Assembly (NCBI RefSeq): GCF_009914755.1
Contig: NC_060926.1
Strand: one strand, 5' to 3'
DNA length: 64,000 bases
From: the human T2T-CHM13v2.0 reference genome, Homo sapiens
A program made the translations under genes and the position numbers. Within the stretch, counting starts at the first letter, position 1. The number at the start of each line of letters is the position of its first letter. Under the pieces are notes generated by a model, which saw only the letters and a program-made list of their open reading frames with translations, made no database searches and was not told the origin of the DNA. This document shows positions 41,623 through 58,200 of the stretch, one piece after another.

Positions 41623-42487
41623 TGTGGTAGGTGGCCTTCTAAAATGGTCCCATTCTCAGCCGGGAGCATTGGTTTCACACCTCTAATCACAGCATTTTGG
41701 GAGGCAAAGGAGGTCAGGAGTTGGAGACCAGCCTGGCCAACATGGTGAAATCCCATCTCTACTAAAAATGCAAAAATTATCTGGGCATGGCGATGGGTGC
41801 CTATAATCCTAGCTAGTCGAGAGGCCAAGTCAGGAGAATTGCTTGAACCTGGAAGGCGGAGATTGCAGTGAGCCCAGATCCCACCACTATACTCTAGCCT
41901 GGGTGACAGAGCAAAACTGTGTCTCAAAATAAAATAAAATAGCCCCATTCTGGTATCCACACCCTTGTGTAATCCCCTCCCCTTGAATGTAGGCTGGACC
42001 TAATGGCTTGCTTTTAGCAAAAAGAATATGGCAAAAGTGATAAGATGTGAATTCCAAGGTCAGGTTACGAAAGTCTGATCAATCTCTCTCTCTCCCTTTT
42101 CCTCTCTCTCCCTCTCTGTCAGCTTGTTTAATGAAGCTAGCTTCAATGCTGTGAGCTGCTCTATAGACGCCCATGTAGGAGGAAACTCAAGGGGCCCCCA
42201 GCCACTAGCCATTGAGGAACTGAGGCCCTCAATCCAACAACCCACAAGGAACTGAATCCTGCCAACAACCACTGAGTGAGCCTGGAAGCGGATCCTGCCC
42301 AGCTGAAACTCGAGAAGATTGTAGCTCTGCTGCCCTGACCACTATTCTAACTGCACCCTTGAGAGACCCTCAGCCAGCTAATCTGTACCTGGATTCCTAA
42401 CCTGGAGAAACTGAAATAGCAACGCATGTTGATGTAAGTGCTAAGTTTGGGAGTAATTTGTTATGTAACAATAAATAACTAATAATA
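41623..42487 (+). mobile_element. MLT1 (MaLR, MLT1D/E-like) LTR interrupted by Alu
   Basis: tgtggtagg...ccttgtgtaatcccctccccttgaatgt...aaggaactgaatcctgccaacaacc...gtaatttgttatgtaacaataaataactaata. Confidence 0.85.
41658..41941 (+). mobile_element. AluS (diverged, small left-arm deletion)
   Basis: Alu with TSD-like aaaatggtcccattct / aaaatagccccattct. Confidence 0.93.
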
Positions 42488-42822
42488 CTTATTATTTAGG
42501 CAATAAAACCATAGAAAATACTTCTCAGGGATGTTTTCTCCATAAGATAATCAGATTTTAAATCATCAAGTTCTATACAGATGTATATTATCATTTGTTT
42601 TCTACCCAGTAAATAGGTTCCTCTCCTAAACACTCCACTTGCTCCCTTTGACCAGCCAGAGGAAGTTCTGCCTTCCTCCAAATGACCCATCAATATATTT
42701 GTCTGGAGTTTTTATTTCTGTCACAATTCTGTTTCACCACTTGGGTTTGTTGTGCCTACGCTGTGGGCAGGACCACCTCACAGAAGACAATGGGTGGGCG
42801 ATGGTGAGAAGTGAGTTGAGGG

Positions 42823-44121
42823 TGCAAAAGGATACTATATCACGGGACTCCCAAATCACTAAGCCAAAGAAAAAGGTCAAGCTGGGAACTGCTTAGGGCA
42901 AACCTGCCTCCCATTCTATTCCTCAAAAAGATAGCTACTAACATAAAAAAAGCTACATACCTCCCTCACAATTTGTCTACAAGGAAATTCCTTGTGGACA
43001 AATGACAGACAGATGTCAAAGTCATCCCTCTGCTCACTGAGATAAATGCATATCTGATTGCTTCCCTGGGAAAGGCTAATCAGACACTCAAAAGAATGCA
43101 ACCATTTGTCTCTTCTGTACCTATGACCTGGAAACCCCCTTCCTGCTGCGAGTTGTCCCACCTTTCCAAACCAAGCCAATGTAAATCTTGCGTATATTGA
43201 TTGATGTCTAACGTCTCCCTAAAATGTATAAAACCGAGCTGCGCCCCGACCATCTTGGGCACATGTCACTAAGACCTCCTGAGGCTGTGTCATGGGTGTG
43301 TTCTTAACCTTGGCAAAATAAACTTTCTAATGCAAGTCGAAACCACAGTGAGATACCATCTCACACCAGTTAGAATGGCGATCATTAAAAAGTCAGGAAA
43401 CAACAGGTGCTGGAGAGGATGTGGAGAAATAGGAACACTTTTACACGGTTGGTGGGACCGTAAGCTAGATCAACCATTGTGGAAGTCAGTGTGGTGATTC
43501 CTCAGGGATCTAGAACTAGAAATGCCATTTGACCCAGCCATCCCATTACTGGGTATATACCCAAAGGATTATAAAACATGCTGCTATAAAGACACATGCA
43601 CACGTATGTTTATTGTGGCACTATTCACAATAGCAAAGACTTGGAACCAACCCAAATGTCCAACAATGATAGACTGGATTAAGAAAATGTGGCACATATA
43701 CACCATGGAATACTATGCAGCCATAAAAAAGGATGAGTTCATGTCCTTTGTAGGGACATAGATGAAGCTGGAAACCATCATTCTCAGCAAACTATATGGC
43801 AAGGACAAAAAACCAAACACCACATGTTCTCACTCATAGGTGGGAATTGAACAATGAGAACACATGGACGCAGGAAGGGGAACATCACACTCTGGGGCCT
43901 GTTGTGGGGTGGGGGGAGGGGGGAGGGATAGCACTGGGAGATATACCTGATGTTAAATGACGAGTTAATGGGTGCAGCACACCAACATGGCACATGTATA
44001 CATATGTAACAAACCTGCACATTGTGCACATGAACCCTAAAACTTAAAGTATAATAAAAAAAATAAAAAAATAAACTTTCTAAATTAATTGAGACCTGTC
44101 TCAGATACTTTTTGGGTTACA
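42823..44121 (+). mobile_element. MER4-type ERV1 solo LTR interrupted by L1PA
   Basis: TG...CA ends; 4-bp TSD AGGG (42819-42822 / 44122-44125); aatcactaagccaaag...gtcaagctgggaactgc motif. Confidence 0.8.
43331..44067 (+). mobile_element. 5'-truncated L1PA (ORF2 C-terminus plus 3' UTR)
   Basis: ORF 43522-43761 PFDPAIPLLGIYPKDYK...WNQPKCPTMIDWIKKMWHIYTMEYYAAIK; 16-bp TSD aaaataaactttctaa (43315-43330 / 44068-44083). Confidence 0.97.
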
Positions 44122-44439
44122 AGGGTAAAGGAAGGCTGCCCCCCAAAACTATTCTTACCCAGCTTTTGTCACTGACAAACTCCTACCAGTATAATAGGGA
44201 TAAGAATCATAATAACAACTACTACCAATTTTTGAGCAACTTCTTTGTGCCAGGAACTTTGCAAATACTCTTTCAGATCCTCACCACAACCCTGGGGAAA
44301 AAAATCCAGAGAGTTTAAACCACTTAGTCAATGGTAGGCAGTTAGCACATGTCAGAGCTGAGGTTAGAACAAAACTCCTCTCTCTTGTATTTGCTTATTT
44401 CTTATCTTCTAGGGCTGTGTGCCTAAACAAACTATTTTC

Positions 44440-44810
44440 AATAAAGTTAGAATTTATTGGTTTTGTATGCTTTTTATCCCACTTAACACATTAACATGAA
44501 TATTTTTCCATGTCATTAAACTTTTTTTGAAAACACTATTTTTAAAGGCTGCATAATATTCCATTGTTGAGTGGATTTGCCCTTCCCTTATTTTTCCAGC
44601 CTTTAAGCTGTTTCCAGGTGATTTACTGTCATAAATTATGCTGTGATAAGCATCCTTGTACATGCATCTGTGATCGCATCTCCAATTATTTTCTTAGGCT
44701 AGAGCACTAGAGGAGGGACTGCCAGGTCAAGTTAGAAAACGCCTTTAAGTCTCCCGATGCCAGTTGCCAAATTGCTTTCCCGAAAGGTTGTACCAATTCA
44801 TATTCCCAAG
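44440..44810 (-). mobile_element. Old L1ME-like fragment
   Basis: tttaaaggctgcataatattccattg...gccaaattgctttcccgaaaggttgtaccaattcatattccca. Confidence 0.7.
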
Positions 44811-45696
44811 GAGATAAACACTTAACTTTGAAAGGAAAGGGTGTTTTAAAGTGTGAGATAAGCCGGCACCTTGTTTAAAGGAACAACTCCTTGAGTTCCG
44901 CACAAAGGCCCTCAGAACCCCTGTGAACCATGGGCTGAGGAAACATTGTTCGGCCTTCCTGACTGGCTGGTTAAATTCCCAACATCCCAGATGTCATTTT
45001 ACTCATGGTTGTAGGAGGAGATTCAGTGGGGTAAGGGGGGAAATGGAAGCATTTGCATGATAATCAACCTGAAACTTAATAATCATGCTTTTATAAAACG
45101 TGTATGGTCCTTTCTTGAGACAGCTTTTCCAGAATTGGATGACCTTCTCCAAGTGGATAAGGATATTTTTCACTGCCAGATCTTAAGCTAGGGCATTGAA
45201 ATTATTTCTATACACATACACAAAGAGAAGGAGGGAGCTGAGGTGCAAATATTTAGCCACCCAGAAAGAGGAGAAAAGACACCACTACAACTGTAATCCT
45301 CTAGATGGTACCTAAGGCCAAAGGAAGATTCAGAACAAATTTTTTTTAATTGTTAAAATTCTCTACCCCAATTTGTTATGCATTGACATAGCCAAAGAAC
45401 TATTGGCCTATTTTAACCTTTGAACATTTCTATTTTCCTTTGTGAATTGGAAGAGGGAGAGAGGAAAAGAATGTTGAAAAAGACAATGGGTAAAGATGGC
45501 AATGGGAGGGAGACAGAAACAGAAGAGGGAGAAAAGGCTATTTTAATTCTCTGTAGTTACTTGGATTTTCACACCATAGGCTAGATATTAAGAAATCAAA
45601 GTCCACTTCCCTTACAGTTCAGGTAGGGCTGGGCCTGCGTGGTATGGTTTTTAGAGGTCAAAAAGATTTCTGTATTCTGCCATTATTTGAAATGCC

Positions 45697-45855
45697 CTGC
45701 ATCAGTCAGAGAGGCTAACTGCTGTAACAACCCCAATCTCAAAGGCCTAACACAATAAACTTTATTTCTAGTTTATATCAGTTAGATACAGGTTAGCCAG
45801 GGGGCCAGGAGTAAAGGAGGACCTGCTCCACACGGTCATTCAGGGACTCAGGGAA
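45697..45855 (-). mobile_element. MLT1 LTR fragment
   Basis: ggctaactgctgtaacaaccccaatctc...aacacaataaactttatttct...ggtcattcagggactcagg. Confidence 0.6.
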
Positions 45856-46936
45856 ATGGGTATTAAACCAAGACCAGGTCATTCTCATCCATCAGATGGA
45901 CAAAATTTTAAATTTTACAACAAAAATACATGTTTATATCAATTGTGTGATTCAAATAGATTTTAGGAATTATAATACGGCTTCTAAGTGTTTTGTGCCC
46001 TCAGAGAATATAGGAAACACCTCATAAGCAAAGCTAGGGGTAGAAGGAGAATGAGGTAAAAGGGAAGACACTTGAGGGAACCACTTGCTTTGCTCCCCAA
46101 CTCAAAACAGGTTTAGAAGAAAAGGAAAAATGGGTCTAAGCCGTTATAGGCTGTGCTTTATAAAATAGGCTCTTTTAGACTCTACGACCACTCTCAGATC
46201 CCTCCCTTCAAGAATAACTCACTTAAATCAGGATATCTAAGAATCCTAGGCATGGAATATCCATGCTCATCTCTTAAAGCTCTTGTTTTCTTGTGGTCAC
46301 ACATTTCTTAGCAGCCCAGTCAGAGCATCCATTTTGGAAGGAAAAGATCTTTTCGGAAGAAAAGTTGCTCCTTCACAGGCATGAGGTAAGGGCTTGGGAG
46401 ACCGTGTGAGAACCAAGGCAGAGGCCCAGCCACGGTCCCACCTGACTCCTCTGAACCTTCAGCTCCCACCCTAGGACAGGTGAAGGCAGAAGGAGAAGCC
46501 TGGGATGAGAAGGTGACTTCAGGGACATCTGGTGCAAGACCAGCTAGACCAGGTCCAAACTAGCTTCTGGGATAGGAAGTGACTTAGTTACACAGGCATA
46601 GGGGCTGGGGGAGAAAGCATTTCATCATTTAAATTTCAGTATTTACTTAATAGGGACCCGAAGAGACTTTAAGGGAAGTCAAGTAATGGCCAAGGAAAAT
46701 CAGGGTTTTCTAGAATCTTTTTATATTTCTTAGTGATGCTGTCACTTGCCCTGGCACCACCTTAACACTAAATTGGTAGGAACTGTCCTTCTTGGGGTGG
46801 CCGCCTGGCTGGTTTGCCCAGTGCTTTGCTGGTTTTAAAACTGACAGAAGCCACCTGTTCTCAGGCATACCAGCATGGCTGCCGCCCTAGATTGTCTACA
46901 TAATTTTGCTGACAGCATCAACTGGGAGCTATTTTA

Positions 46937-47377
<441 letters not shown>

Positions 47378-48849
47378 TTACATCTTTGGCCTCTCATCAC
47401 AGACTTGGAAGGGAGCTTGGAGATTATCTAGAGTAACTATCCAGATGGCAAATAAGGAAATTGAGATGGAGAAACCTTAAGGAACTCACCTAAAGCCATG
47501 CAGCAGAACTGTCCAGGACCAAGTCTTCTTTTATAATCTAGTGCTCTTTCCAACACACGGCATAGACCCATCACTGCAGTGCCCAAGCAACCAAATTAAT
47601 GGGCCTCAAGAGATAAACATGGACATCCATCCAAAACCCTATGAGAAACGTTCCCACTAGTCACCACCAGTGGCAAAGCAGAGGATCGCAACAACAGCCA
47701 CCCCCGGGGAGATCAAATGTGATGGCTAAGAAGCCACACAATACCACTTGGAGCCACCAGGTTCTTCTGGGACTCCACCCCACAACTTCCAACATCTCCT
47801 GTCCAACTGCAGAGCACTAAACCATCCTGTAATCTCTTTCCCTATCCCACCTTCTTGGGTTTACACAAGTCTGAAAAAGAAGGCCAAAAGAGAGGGAAGA
47901 GTGGGCATAGGATGCAGTCAGTTAGAGGCACCACAACAGCCTCCTCTGAGAATCTCTTTAAATAAAGTTTATTGGCAACTTCTGAGAAGCTGAGTTAAAT
48001 ACCTTGTTCAAGTTGATTTCATAGAACTGTCATTTCTGTTCTCTGAAAACCAACCTGGCACCGAGCAATGACCTCTTCAACCAATGAAACACCTGCTTAC
48101 CAATGTATTATTTTTTAAGGGAACAGAAAAGGTTTTGATCACGCACAGAAAGGAGCGGTTTTCAGCTAGTAGCATATGGCTCTTGGGAACACAGGGCTTT
48201 TAAAATCTCTACTTTTAGGACTCCTCTCATTATTATTTCATCAATTATTTCATTATTGTATCACCTGTGTCATCTGTGTAGATGTAGGTAATTTGGGTTG
48301 GTTATTGTTTTAGGAAGCATGTGGAAATTGCTGTCAATGAGTAATATTTCATATTCTCACCCCTCCCAGTTCTCCTTCTGGACTTAGAGCTAGTCACTAT
48401 TAAGGCAGATGAACGTGGGAGTTAGACAATGAAACCACCCTCTTCACTATTTGAGGGTTGAAAGGCCACTCCAGGTAGTTATAATTGAACCTCAAAGCAG
48501 GTGACCTTGCAAAGTTAAAGAATCTGCTCCAATTTACCTCTGCATCTCACTGCCCCCAGACACAAGTTCTGCCGCTCTTCTCTATTCATGGTTCCTGCAA
48601 ATCTTTTCTGTGCTCTGAGACCCAGCTTGAGATCCTCTCAAGACATGGTGCCAAGCCTCTCCAGCTGACATATTCTCCCTTCCCTGAATTCATATAGCTC
48701 TTAAATTAGCACTTAATTACAAAATGTGTTATATTGTGCTGTGTTTGGTGATTGTCTGATTCTTCCCCTTAGAGCACACAGAGTGCCCCATGTGGAGGCA
48801 GCATGTTTGATGAGAAAGGCTCAATTAATATTTCTTAAATTAATTAATT

Positions 48850-48985
48850 AATAAGAGCATGGATTTTTGAGTCAGAAAGACTTGACTTTACCATGTACTA
48901 GCTAGATGACCTTTATCGAGCCACTTAACTAGTTTAAGCTCCAATGTCTTTATCTGGAAAATGGCAATAATGCTACATGGCTTGG
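48850..48985 (+). mobile_element. MIR SINE
   Basis: aagagcatggatttttgagtcagaaagac...ctttatctggaaaatggcaataat. Confidence 0.65.
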
Positions 48986-49405
48986 AGGAATAACTGAAAT
49001 ACACCTCACAGTTGCTCAAGTGGAGAGCATGTTCTTTACCCCTGCCAAGTGCCCACTGAGTAGACATTCATTTATTGACTGTCTAAACCAGTTTGTATTC
49101 CAGAGTCCTATTTTTCTTTTTAATAGTGTTCATTCCAAGACATGTCTACCACATTTTTGTTATTTTCACCTATCAATTATGAAAAAGTTTTCAGGAACCA
49201 AGACCCAAGTCCCACAACAAAAAGACACAGGTAGGTCAGCATGTAGATGTGTGTTGATGTGCCTTCTTATCTGAAAATAAAAATTCCCCAAACTTAATAC
49301 AATTTGGGAAATGTTGAGTCACCTGCTGTGGACCTAGTATTGTTCAATTGTCATTTTCCTTGAAACACTTGGTACTGTGTCTTGCAGGTAGTAAGACATA
49401 GTGGG

Positions 49406-49712
<307 letters not shown>

Positions 49713-51887
49713 AAGACATAGTGGGTACTCCATTTGTGTTTGTAAACTGAATTATAGCCATGATTCCAAAGTATTGGGAATTTAACTGCCTAGGATGGGA
49801 TGAAAATGTTTTCAAAAGGCACTTAATTCTCTGCATTCTAAACTATATTTCAACAAGCAAAACTTCCAAACAGAATCCCAAAAGATGCCCAAAGCTGCAA
49901 CCAAGACAGCCCCAGGCCAAGAATTGTTAAATGGTGTCCTTTAAACTCTGCCTCGTAAATACTCCCAGCCTAATGACTCAATGCCCCCAAACAGCCCCTG
50001 AAGTGGTCTGCTAACCCCAATACATGTTAAATTTATGATTTCTAAACAAGATAAAAGACCTGATTGGATTTATTATCTTTAAGAAAAAAAAAAAAAAGCA
50101 TTCCACTCCTGACCAAGTTGGGACCCTGCGCTGGTTTGTTTGCTACTAGCGCCTACTGGCCAATCACTTAGACAAAACCTGCTTGTAAACTTCCCTGGCG
50201 TTTTGGAAGTCACCTCCTTCCCCTGACTGGCCTGCACCTCCTTCTCTCTCACCACAGATTGCTCATGGCAGGTGACTCCTCGGTGATTCAGGGATGCCTC
50301 CTGTGCCTCTGCCTGGTGGCTTCGTACCTGGCCACCCTGAGCAGCCGCCTCCCAGACGCCCCTCCTGGGTTCTCTTCCAGTGAGAGTCCTGTAGAATCTA
50401 AGAGTGACCTTAGAATTGGTTGGCTCCTGCTACAGATGAGAAAACTAAGACCCAGAGAAGAGAAGAACGTGAACTGAAGGAGCAAGGATTAGAGCCCGGG
50501 AGTCTTGGTCCTGAATCCAGTGCCATGCCCAGCAGCCATGTGGCCCGAAGACAACCTCAGCAGCCCCCTCCCTGAGACACTCCTGTCAGCTCACATGGGG
50601 AGTAGGAGGAGTTTGCCTTCAAGGCCTGGACCCAACACAGCACCTGGATAGGGTCCCTGCAGCTGCCTTCCTCGCTGCCAGCGCTCCTGCCAGCTCGTCT
50701 CATCTCAGCTCACTCCCCGACCTTCCATCCTCTCAAAGTCAGAGTCCTTTCTTCAGGAACCATCAAGGTGAGATGTGCTAAATCTATCTGAGGAGAGGAG
50801 ACTAAAGACCCCTCCCAGATAATCTGAGAATAATAAAACAACGGCCTACTGAAGGAAAGAGCTTAGCTATCCTGACCAGAACAGCAACCTCAAAAGAGGG
50901 CATCTGAATTCGGAGGGGAAGGCAGGGGAGCTGGCCAGCCTCAGGAGTGGCCCAGAGACTCCATTCATCAGTGCCATCAGCTATTGCAAGCTGAATGCAA
51001 TCATGTAGAACTATGCCTCACTAGCCTGACCCAGCACTCACACCCTGCCCTTCCAAGAAACGGTCTGGCCTGAATTGCTATCACCCCTCCCCCCTCCATG
51101 GAAGGGTTAGGACCAGCTCTAGCCTGAGCACTGCAAGAGCTACCCTCCATTCCCACACTCACCCCACAACATCCAACACACTCCTGCCTAGCCCTCAGCA
51201 TGTGTCTAAACCCAGGCATGGGCATGACCAGAAAGGACAAGATTGAAAACCCCAAGGGAAGTCTGCAGAATGAGTCACAATACCTGCATCCTAATCCACG
51301 CCTCTTCTAACCGGTTCTGTGGCCTCCAACAAACCCCCGGACTGCTCTCAGCCTCAGTTTACTTCTCTGAGAAATTAGGGCAATAGCAATACCTGGGTGG
51401 CATAGAGACAAAATGAGAAAATAAAAACTCTTCAAACTTAAAAGTATTTGTCAAAGCTATGACTATCTCCTTGCATTACTAGTAATAATATAGTCACTTC
51501 CTTGCCCTCCACCCAGATATTTACTCAGAATTTTCAGAGAATTCCCCAAATTTACCAAGCACCTTGGAAGAATGAGCTTCTCTTGCTGCTCAAATTCCCT
51601 TGTAGTTAATCCCAGCTTGTGCCCATCGATTTTCCTTAATAAGATTAAAGGGGAAGTTTCGACCAGGTCATCTCTCAGGACTCAGGAAACAAAACCGTTT
51701 GGTAAAAAATAAATTCCAGTCATCTGCCTCTGTCACCAGCAAATATATGCTCAGTGCTACCTGAGAGCAAATCAGTGCTGAATACTTGGCTCCTCTGCAC
51801 TGGTTTCAGAATGTAATTTCATTTCTGAAGTCCCTTTACTTTTGAGGCCAGTTCTTGAGCTTCTGGTTCTAAAGCCTGATGACACTT

Positions 51888-52247
<360 letters not shown>

Positions 52248-52424
52248 CTAAGGACTTTAACCTTCGGGACCGAACAGAGAAATCTACCGGCAGGGGCTGG
52301 GTTGTAACTCCACTATCTTGTTGCTTAAAGGGAAAAAAGAGAGGAGTCCATTCTGAAAAAACAAGGAATGACCATACAACAAATTAATACAAAGTTTAGT
52401 CTTCTTGTCTCTGCCAGCCTTAGT

Positions 52425-52427
<3 letters not shown>

Positions 52428-52456
<29 letters not shown>

Positions 52457-52586
52457 GAGACTGAGGTCTCGCTCTGTCATCCAAGCTGGAGCATAGTGGC
52501 ACAATCAATCATAGCTCACTGCAGCCTCAAAGTCTTCAGCTCAAGCAAGTAGCTAAGATTACAATCACATGCTACCATGCCTGGCT
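52428..52586 (-). mobile_element. Alu monomer (AluJ/FRAM-like)
   Basis: Poly-T plus reverse right arm. Confidence 0.85.
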
Positions 52587-53365
52587 CCAAGTCCAAGTTT
52601 GAAAGCCAGCTTTTCCATGTTTCCTAACAGGCAGTATGGACAACATGAAACTTTTAGAATGATAAAAGTAGTTGTCACAAACTCACAGTAAAGAGCTGGG
52701 CCCCAGGGTAGGGAGCATTTTACCTTTGTTGGGAATGCTCCCATCATTTTAAAAGCCCCTATTTCTTCTACTTCCGAAAGGCTTAAAAATTATTCAAAAG
52801 TGAGAATATAATTAGAGGAAGCAGCAACCACGGAATTTGATGACTTTTCCCAATCTCCTCCTCAAAAGAAACCTTCCACTAAAGTAAATAGCTCTAAGGG
52901 CGCAGTTCATCAAGAAAGCACTCATATCAACCCCCGGCCTTAAAATAGACATAAATATTAGGTCAGTTTCATAGTCATTTATCCCACTCTGGGGATAAAA
53001 CACATAAATAAATTGGAAATGGGCACTTCTCCCACCCTAGGGATATGATCCTGCCCTGGGGCTCCAGGGCTGCTGCCATGCAGTAAAAGAAAGCCATCTC
53101 TTCTCTGGCTGATACTGGGACAGTTTCCCTGCAGGAGTCTCAGGCCCCAGAGAATGCCTCTCTTCCCAGCACTAAGGTATGCGACCCCTTGGGCAGAGCA
53201 CCACCTGGACCTCTCCCAGAGACACCTTGTTCCTTTTCATGATGTACTGTTGTGTCTTCCACACCAGCCCCTGTCCTTTACCCTTGGGCCCTCTCTTCTT
53301 CCTTTGCCTCCTTTTTTGCTTTTGTTTGTTCGGTTGTTGTTTTCTATTTGGGTTTGTTTGCTTCC

Positions 53366-53657
<292 letters not shown>

Positions 53658-53679
53658 CTGTTTGCTTTCTTTTAACAGT

Positions 53680-54755
<1,076 letters not shown>

Positions 54756-55039
54756 GCCTGCTTTTTTGATGGAGGTGGAGGAATAGGGTGGAATTGGTCC
54801 TTAACCATCAATTAAGCTGGGGGCCTTAGACCTCTGTGAATTGGCTGTGACAATAGCTAAAGGAGGCTGCTACCTCATACTGAAGAGATGTTTCCTAAGT
54901 TTGTCACCGGAGAGGGCACCGAACCAACTTATTGTCTTGGAGGGAAGAAGCAGCAAGGCAGAAGACTTGAACTTCTCAGAGAAAAAAACAGTCTACAGAC
55001 TTCATTTTATGCTGTCCTCACACACTACTGAAAGCTCTA

Positions 55040-55200
55040 CCCTGGGGACCTGGCTTGACTTCTAACTAGCTGTGTTATCTCAGGAGAGCTCCCAGCTGCT
55101 CTGAGTCTCAGTCTCTCAATCAGTGAAATGGAGGCAATAGCACCTGCCTGGCTGCATCGCCCCACAGTGCTGCAATGAGCATCCAACGAGAGAAAGCTTG
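55040..55200 (+). mobile_element. MIR SINE
   Basis: ctctgagtctcagtctctcaatcagtgaaatggaggcaatagcacctgcc. Confidence 0.65.
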
Positions 55201-58200
55201 TCACCTGTGTTGCAAACTAAGTTACACAAATGCAGGCAGTAGCAGCTAGAAGAAAATGGTTGGGAATCTGAAAAGAATTAAAGCCCCCCATGAATTTCTT
55301 CTCACGCCTCCTCCAAAAGCCAGGGACTGCTTCACCCCGCCTCCAGGAGTGCTGCTCCAGCATTTCCGGCAGCTGCTGACAGAATGTATGTTGCTTCTGA
55401 TCCCCCGTGGCACAGTCAAGCCCAGATGGAGCAAGGGCCTCCCTCAGAGAGAGGCACCCAGGGCTCACCCTTCAAAGGAAGCACTTGGAGGGATGGCTTC
55501 TCAAAGGTCACACAGGAAACTGAAGTTAAAGCCTGGATCTAAACTATAGGAGAAATAGGAGCATTTGAATCCACACATTTGAATGTGGTAATTAGTGATC
55601 CCACTCCCCCGACCCATCCCCAATCTTCTGCCCATCTGAGAGCGTTTAGATGATCTGATGATGTTAATTTGAACTTCAAAACGCTTGAGAAAAATGTCCA
55701 CTTTGCTTTTTAAAAATGGAAAGAAAACAAAAGTAAGTTACTCCAGGGACCTGGATGCATGTGGCCGTTCTAGTGACAACACAATAAGGAAAATAAAATC
55801 CATCCTAGGAGAGGAAATTATCCCACCAAAGTTCTTCTTGGCCCTTCCAAAGGCCATTTACCTCTGGGCATCTATGCAGAGTTCACTCATCACCCAGGAA
55901 TTACGTGAGGAGGGTTATGCTTGCTACAAGGGAAGCCACGAAGAGTAAGACAGGATCAGATGGAAAAATAAGACATTTAAATATAATGCTCCAATTAATA
56001 AAGCCCTAAGAGCCAACCTCCTTTGTATGAAATAATCTGGGTTTAAAAACAAAAAAAGCAAAAAGCTTTATTGAAGAATGCAAAGTTGAGCTGTGGTCTT
56101 TGCAGCTGCCTGACTGAAATATAACCCTTGCTGAGATGCTTCCTTTCTCACTGTGACGTAAGCTAGGCCCCCAGACTCCTGGCTAAGAGGAGAGACTTCA
56201 AAATGCACGCTCGGCACCCAGCCTTCTGATCAGTTTTATCTGAGTCTTTCCCACACTTGTTCAGTGCACCCCAGCAAAACCAGGAGAGTTCCGTGTCTTC
56301 ACTCCTTGTTGAGACTTGGTGATTGATTGGCTGGTTATTCTTTAACCCATTCACACTTAAGTGTTACCTCAACCCAGCCTTTGTGGGGTAAGCATTTTCT
56401 CTCCTAATTGTGTTATAAAAAGATTTTCATCTTATTAAGGAAATCCAGACCTTGGCAGTTTGGCGGGGCAGAGTTAGTCTAAGAAGCCCCTGCAATAACC
56501 GCAGGCTCACCCAGTCTGCCTCAAGGTTAACTGAGTTTCATCATTAGGTGACCTGGGGACCCCTGTCCTCCGGCCCCTTCCCTCTCCTCCCTGCTGTCCC
56601 TAACTTTCACTCTTCAGGAGGTGGCTGGTGGCCTATTTCTGGAGAGGGTTAGGCAGGGGCAGACCACACTTATGTCCATAGCGTCCTCTTGGGCTTGAGC
56701 CAACGCCATCAGAGTAAATGTGTCTCTCAGCAAACATCTCATGTCCTCAAGGGCTGGACATCCCTTTCGTCCGCAGCCAACATCAAGGTGACCCCTGATG
56801 TTATCTAACATAGTGTTAGTGGTATTTCATGCTTGCGCCCTATTGACCTCTGATGCATCCCTATGCTTCTTGCAATAATTTTCCCTCTAATCATAAAGGT
56901 TTAACCCCCTAAAAAGGAGGCATTTGGAAGACCCTCTCTTAATTCTTCAAACCCTGCAAGCCCTAAATGGTGAAAGAGGGGCTCATGCAGTGGTCAGAGG
57001 GTAGGGGTAGCACACTTCTCACAAGTTCATGTGCCTCCCTAAAACGCAGATCGTGACTCATAGGTCTGAGGAGGGAGGGGCTGCAGGTTGCGCATTTCAC
57101 CTGGCTTACAGATGACGCTCTGTGGCTCTACGGTCCACACACGATCCCACATGAGTCTCTGGCGGGGAGCTCCCTTCACCCAGAACCCCCAGGTGAGGAA
57201 GGCTTCTGAGAGGGGGCAGAGCTGAGGGCCGGTGTCCTCATCTGTGGAGCCCATGGGGATGACCACCTGGAGACACACAGAGTGCATCCTCTCAGTGACA
57301 CCCTGAGAGGGAATTCACTGACTCAAGGGTGGCAGGAAGGCCACTAATTACCCAGAAGGCTGTTTGTGCCACCCAGGGAAAGAGGAACTGACCTTTTTCT
57401 CATGGGGAAGTGCGTCTTCTCCTCTCCAAACCACAGGCTCACAAGCAGACCAGCTCAAGTGAAGTTCCTGCAATGACCACTGGGTGTGGGCCTGCTTTTC
57501 CGGCCCCTGCTGAGAGGGGTCCCTGAGAGAGGTCCACGAGCCACGCAGGGCCACCATTCCCCTGCCCTGGTTTGGAACCCCAGCCTCCCCCACCCGGAGC
57601 CAACTCGCCTCCAGCACACGGGCGCTGTGCCTCCCAGCCTAAGCCAGGAAAGAAAGCTGTGTACGCTGACACTTAAATTAGAGCCTCGCAATTATCTCTC
57701 AATCCCGGCTTGCCCTGTGCTGCTTTATCACTGTTTTTTATAGCTAAAGTTACTCGCCCTCGTTTTAAGTACATTGTGCATAAGGCATAGGCCAACTTCT
57801 GATATATTCCCACAAGCAAAATTAAATACCAGTAACATGTGTTTTAGTGAATTGGGTCCCTCAATTTGCATCTTATAATAAGGATGTTATCATACTGGTT
57901 TGTGGCTGAGCTCTTTAGTTTTTATCTCTCTGGGGCTAGATTCCCCCTCATGAGTTCAATATAAGTCCATGAACTAATGCAATTTTTAAAACACTTTTCT
58001 TCTGTGTTAACATTAACACCCTTATGAGTGAAAGGGTTTTACTCCCCAAAGTGTACAGAATGTTTGCATTCACTGGAGGATGTGGCGGGATATTAGCCCT
58101 CAGTGATAGCTGTGGTTGCTCATAAGTGAAAGGAGTTGAGTCTGTAATCCAGTCTGCCACTGCGAAGAAGCCTTTTTCACCTCTTTGCACTGAGACATAA

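Noticed and set aside
50139-50165. CTCF-like tagcgcctactggcca
   Set aside because: Mismatches at highly conserved core positions; too weak without ChIP data
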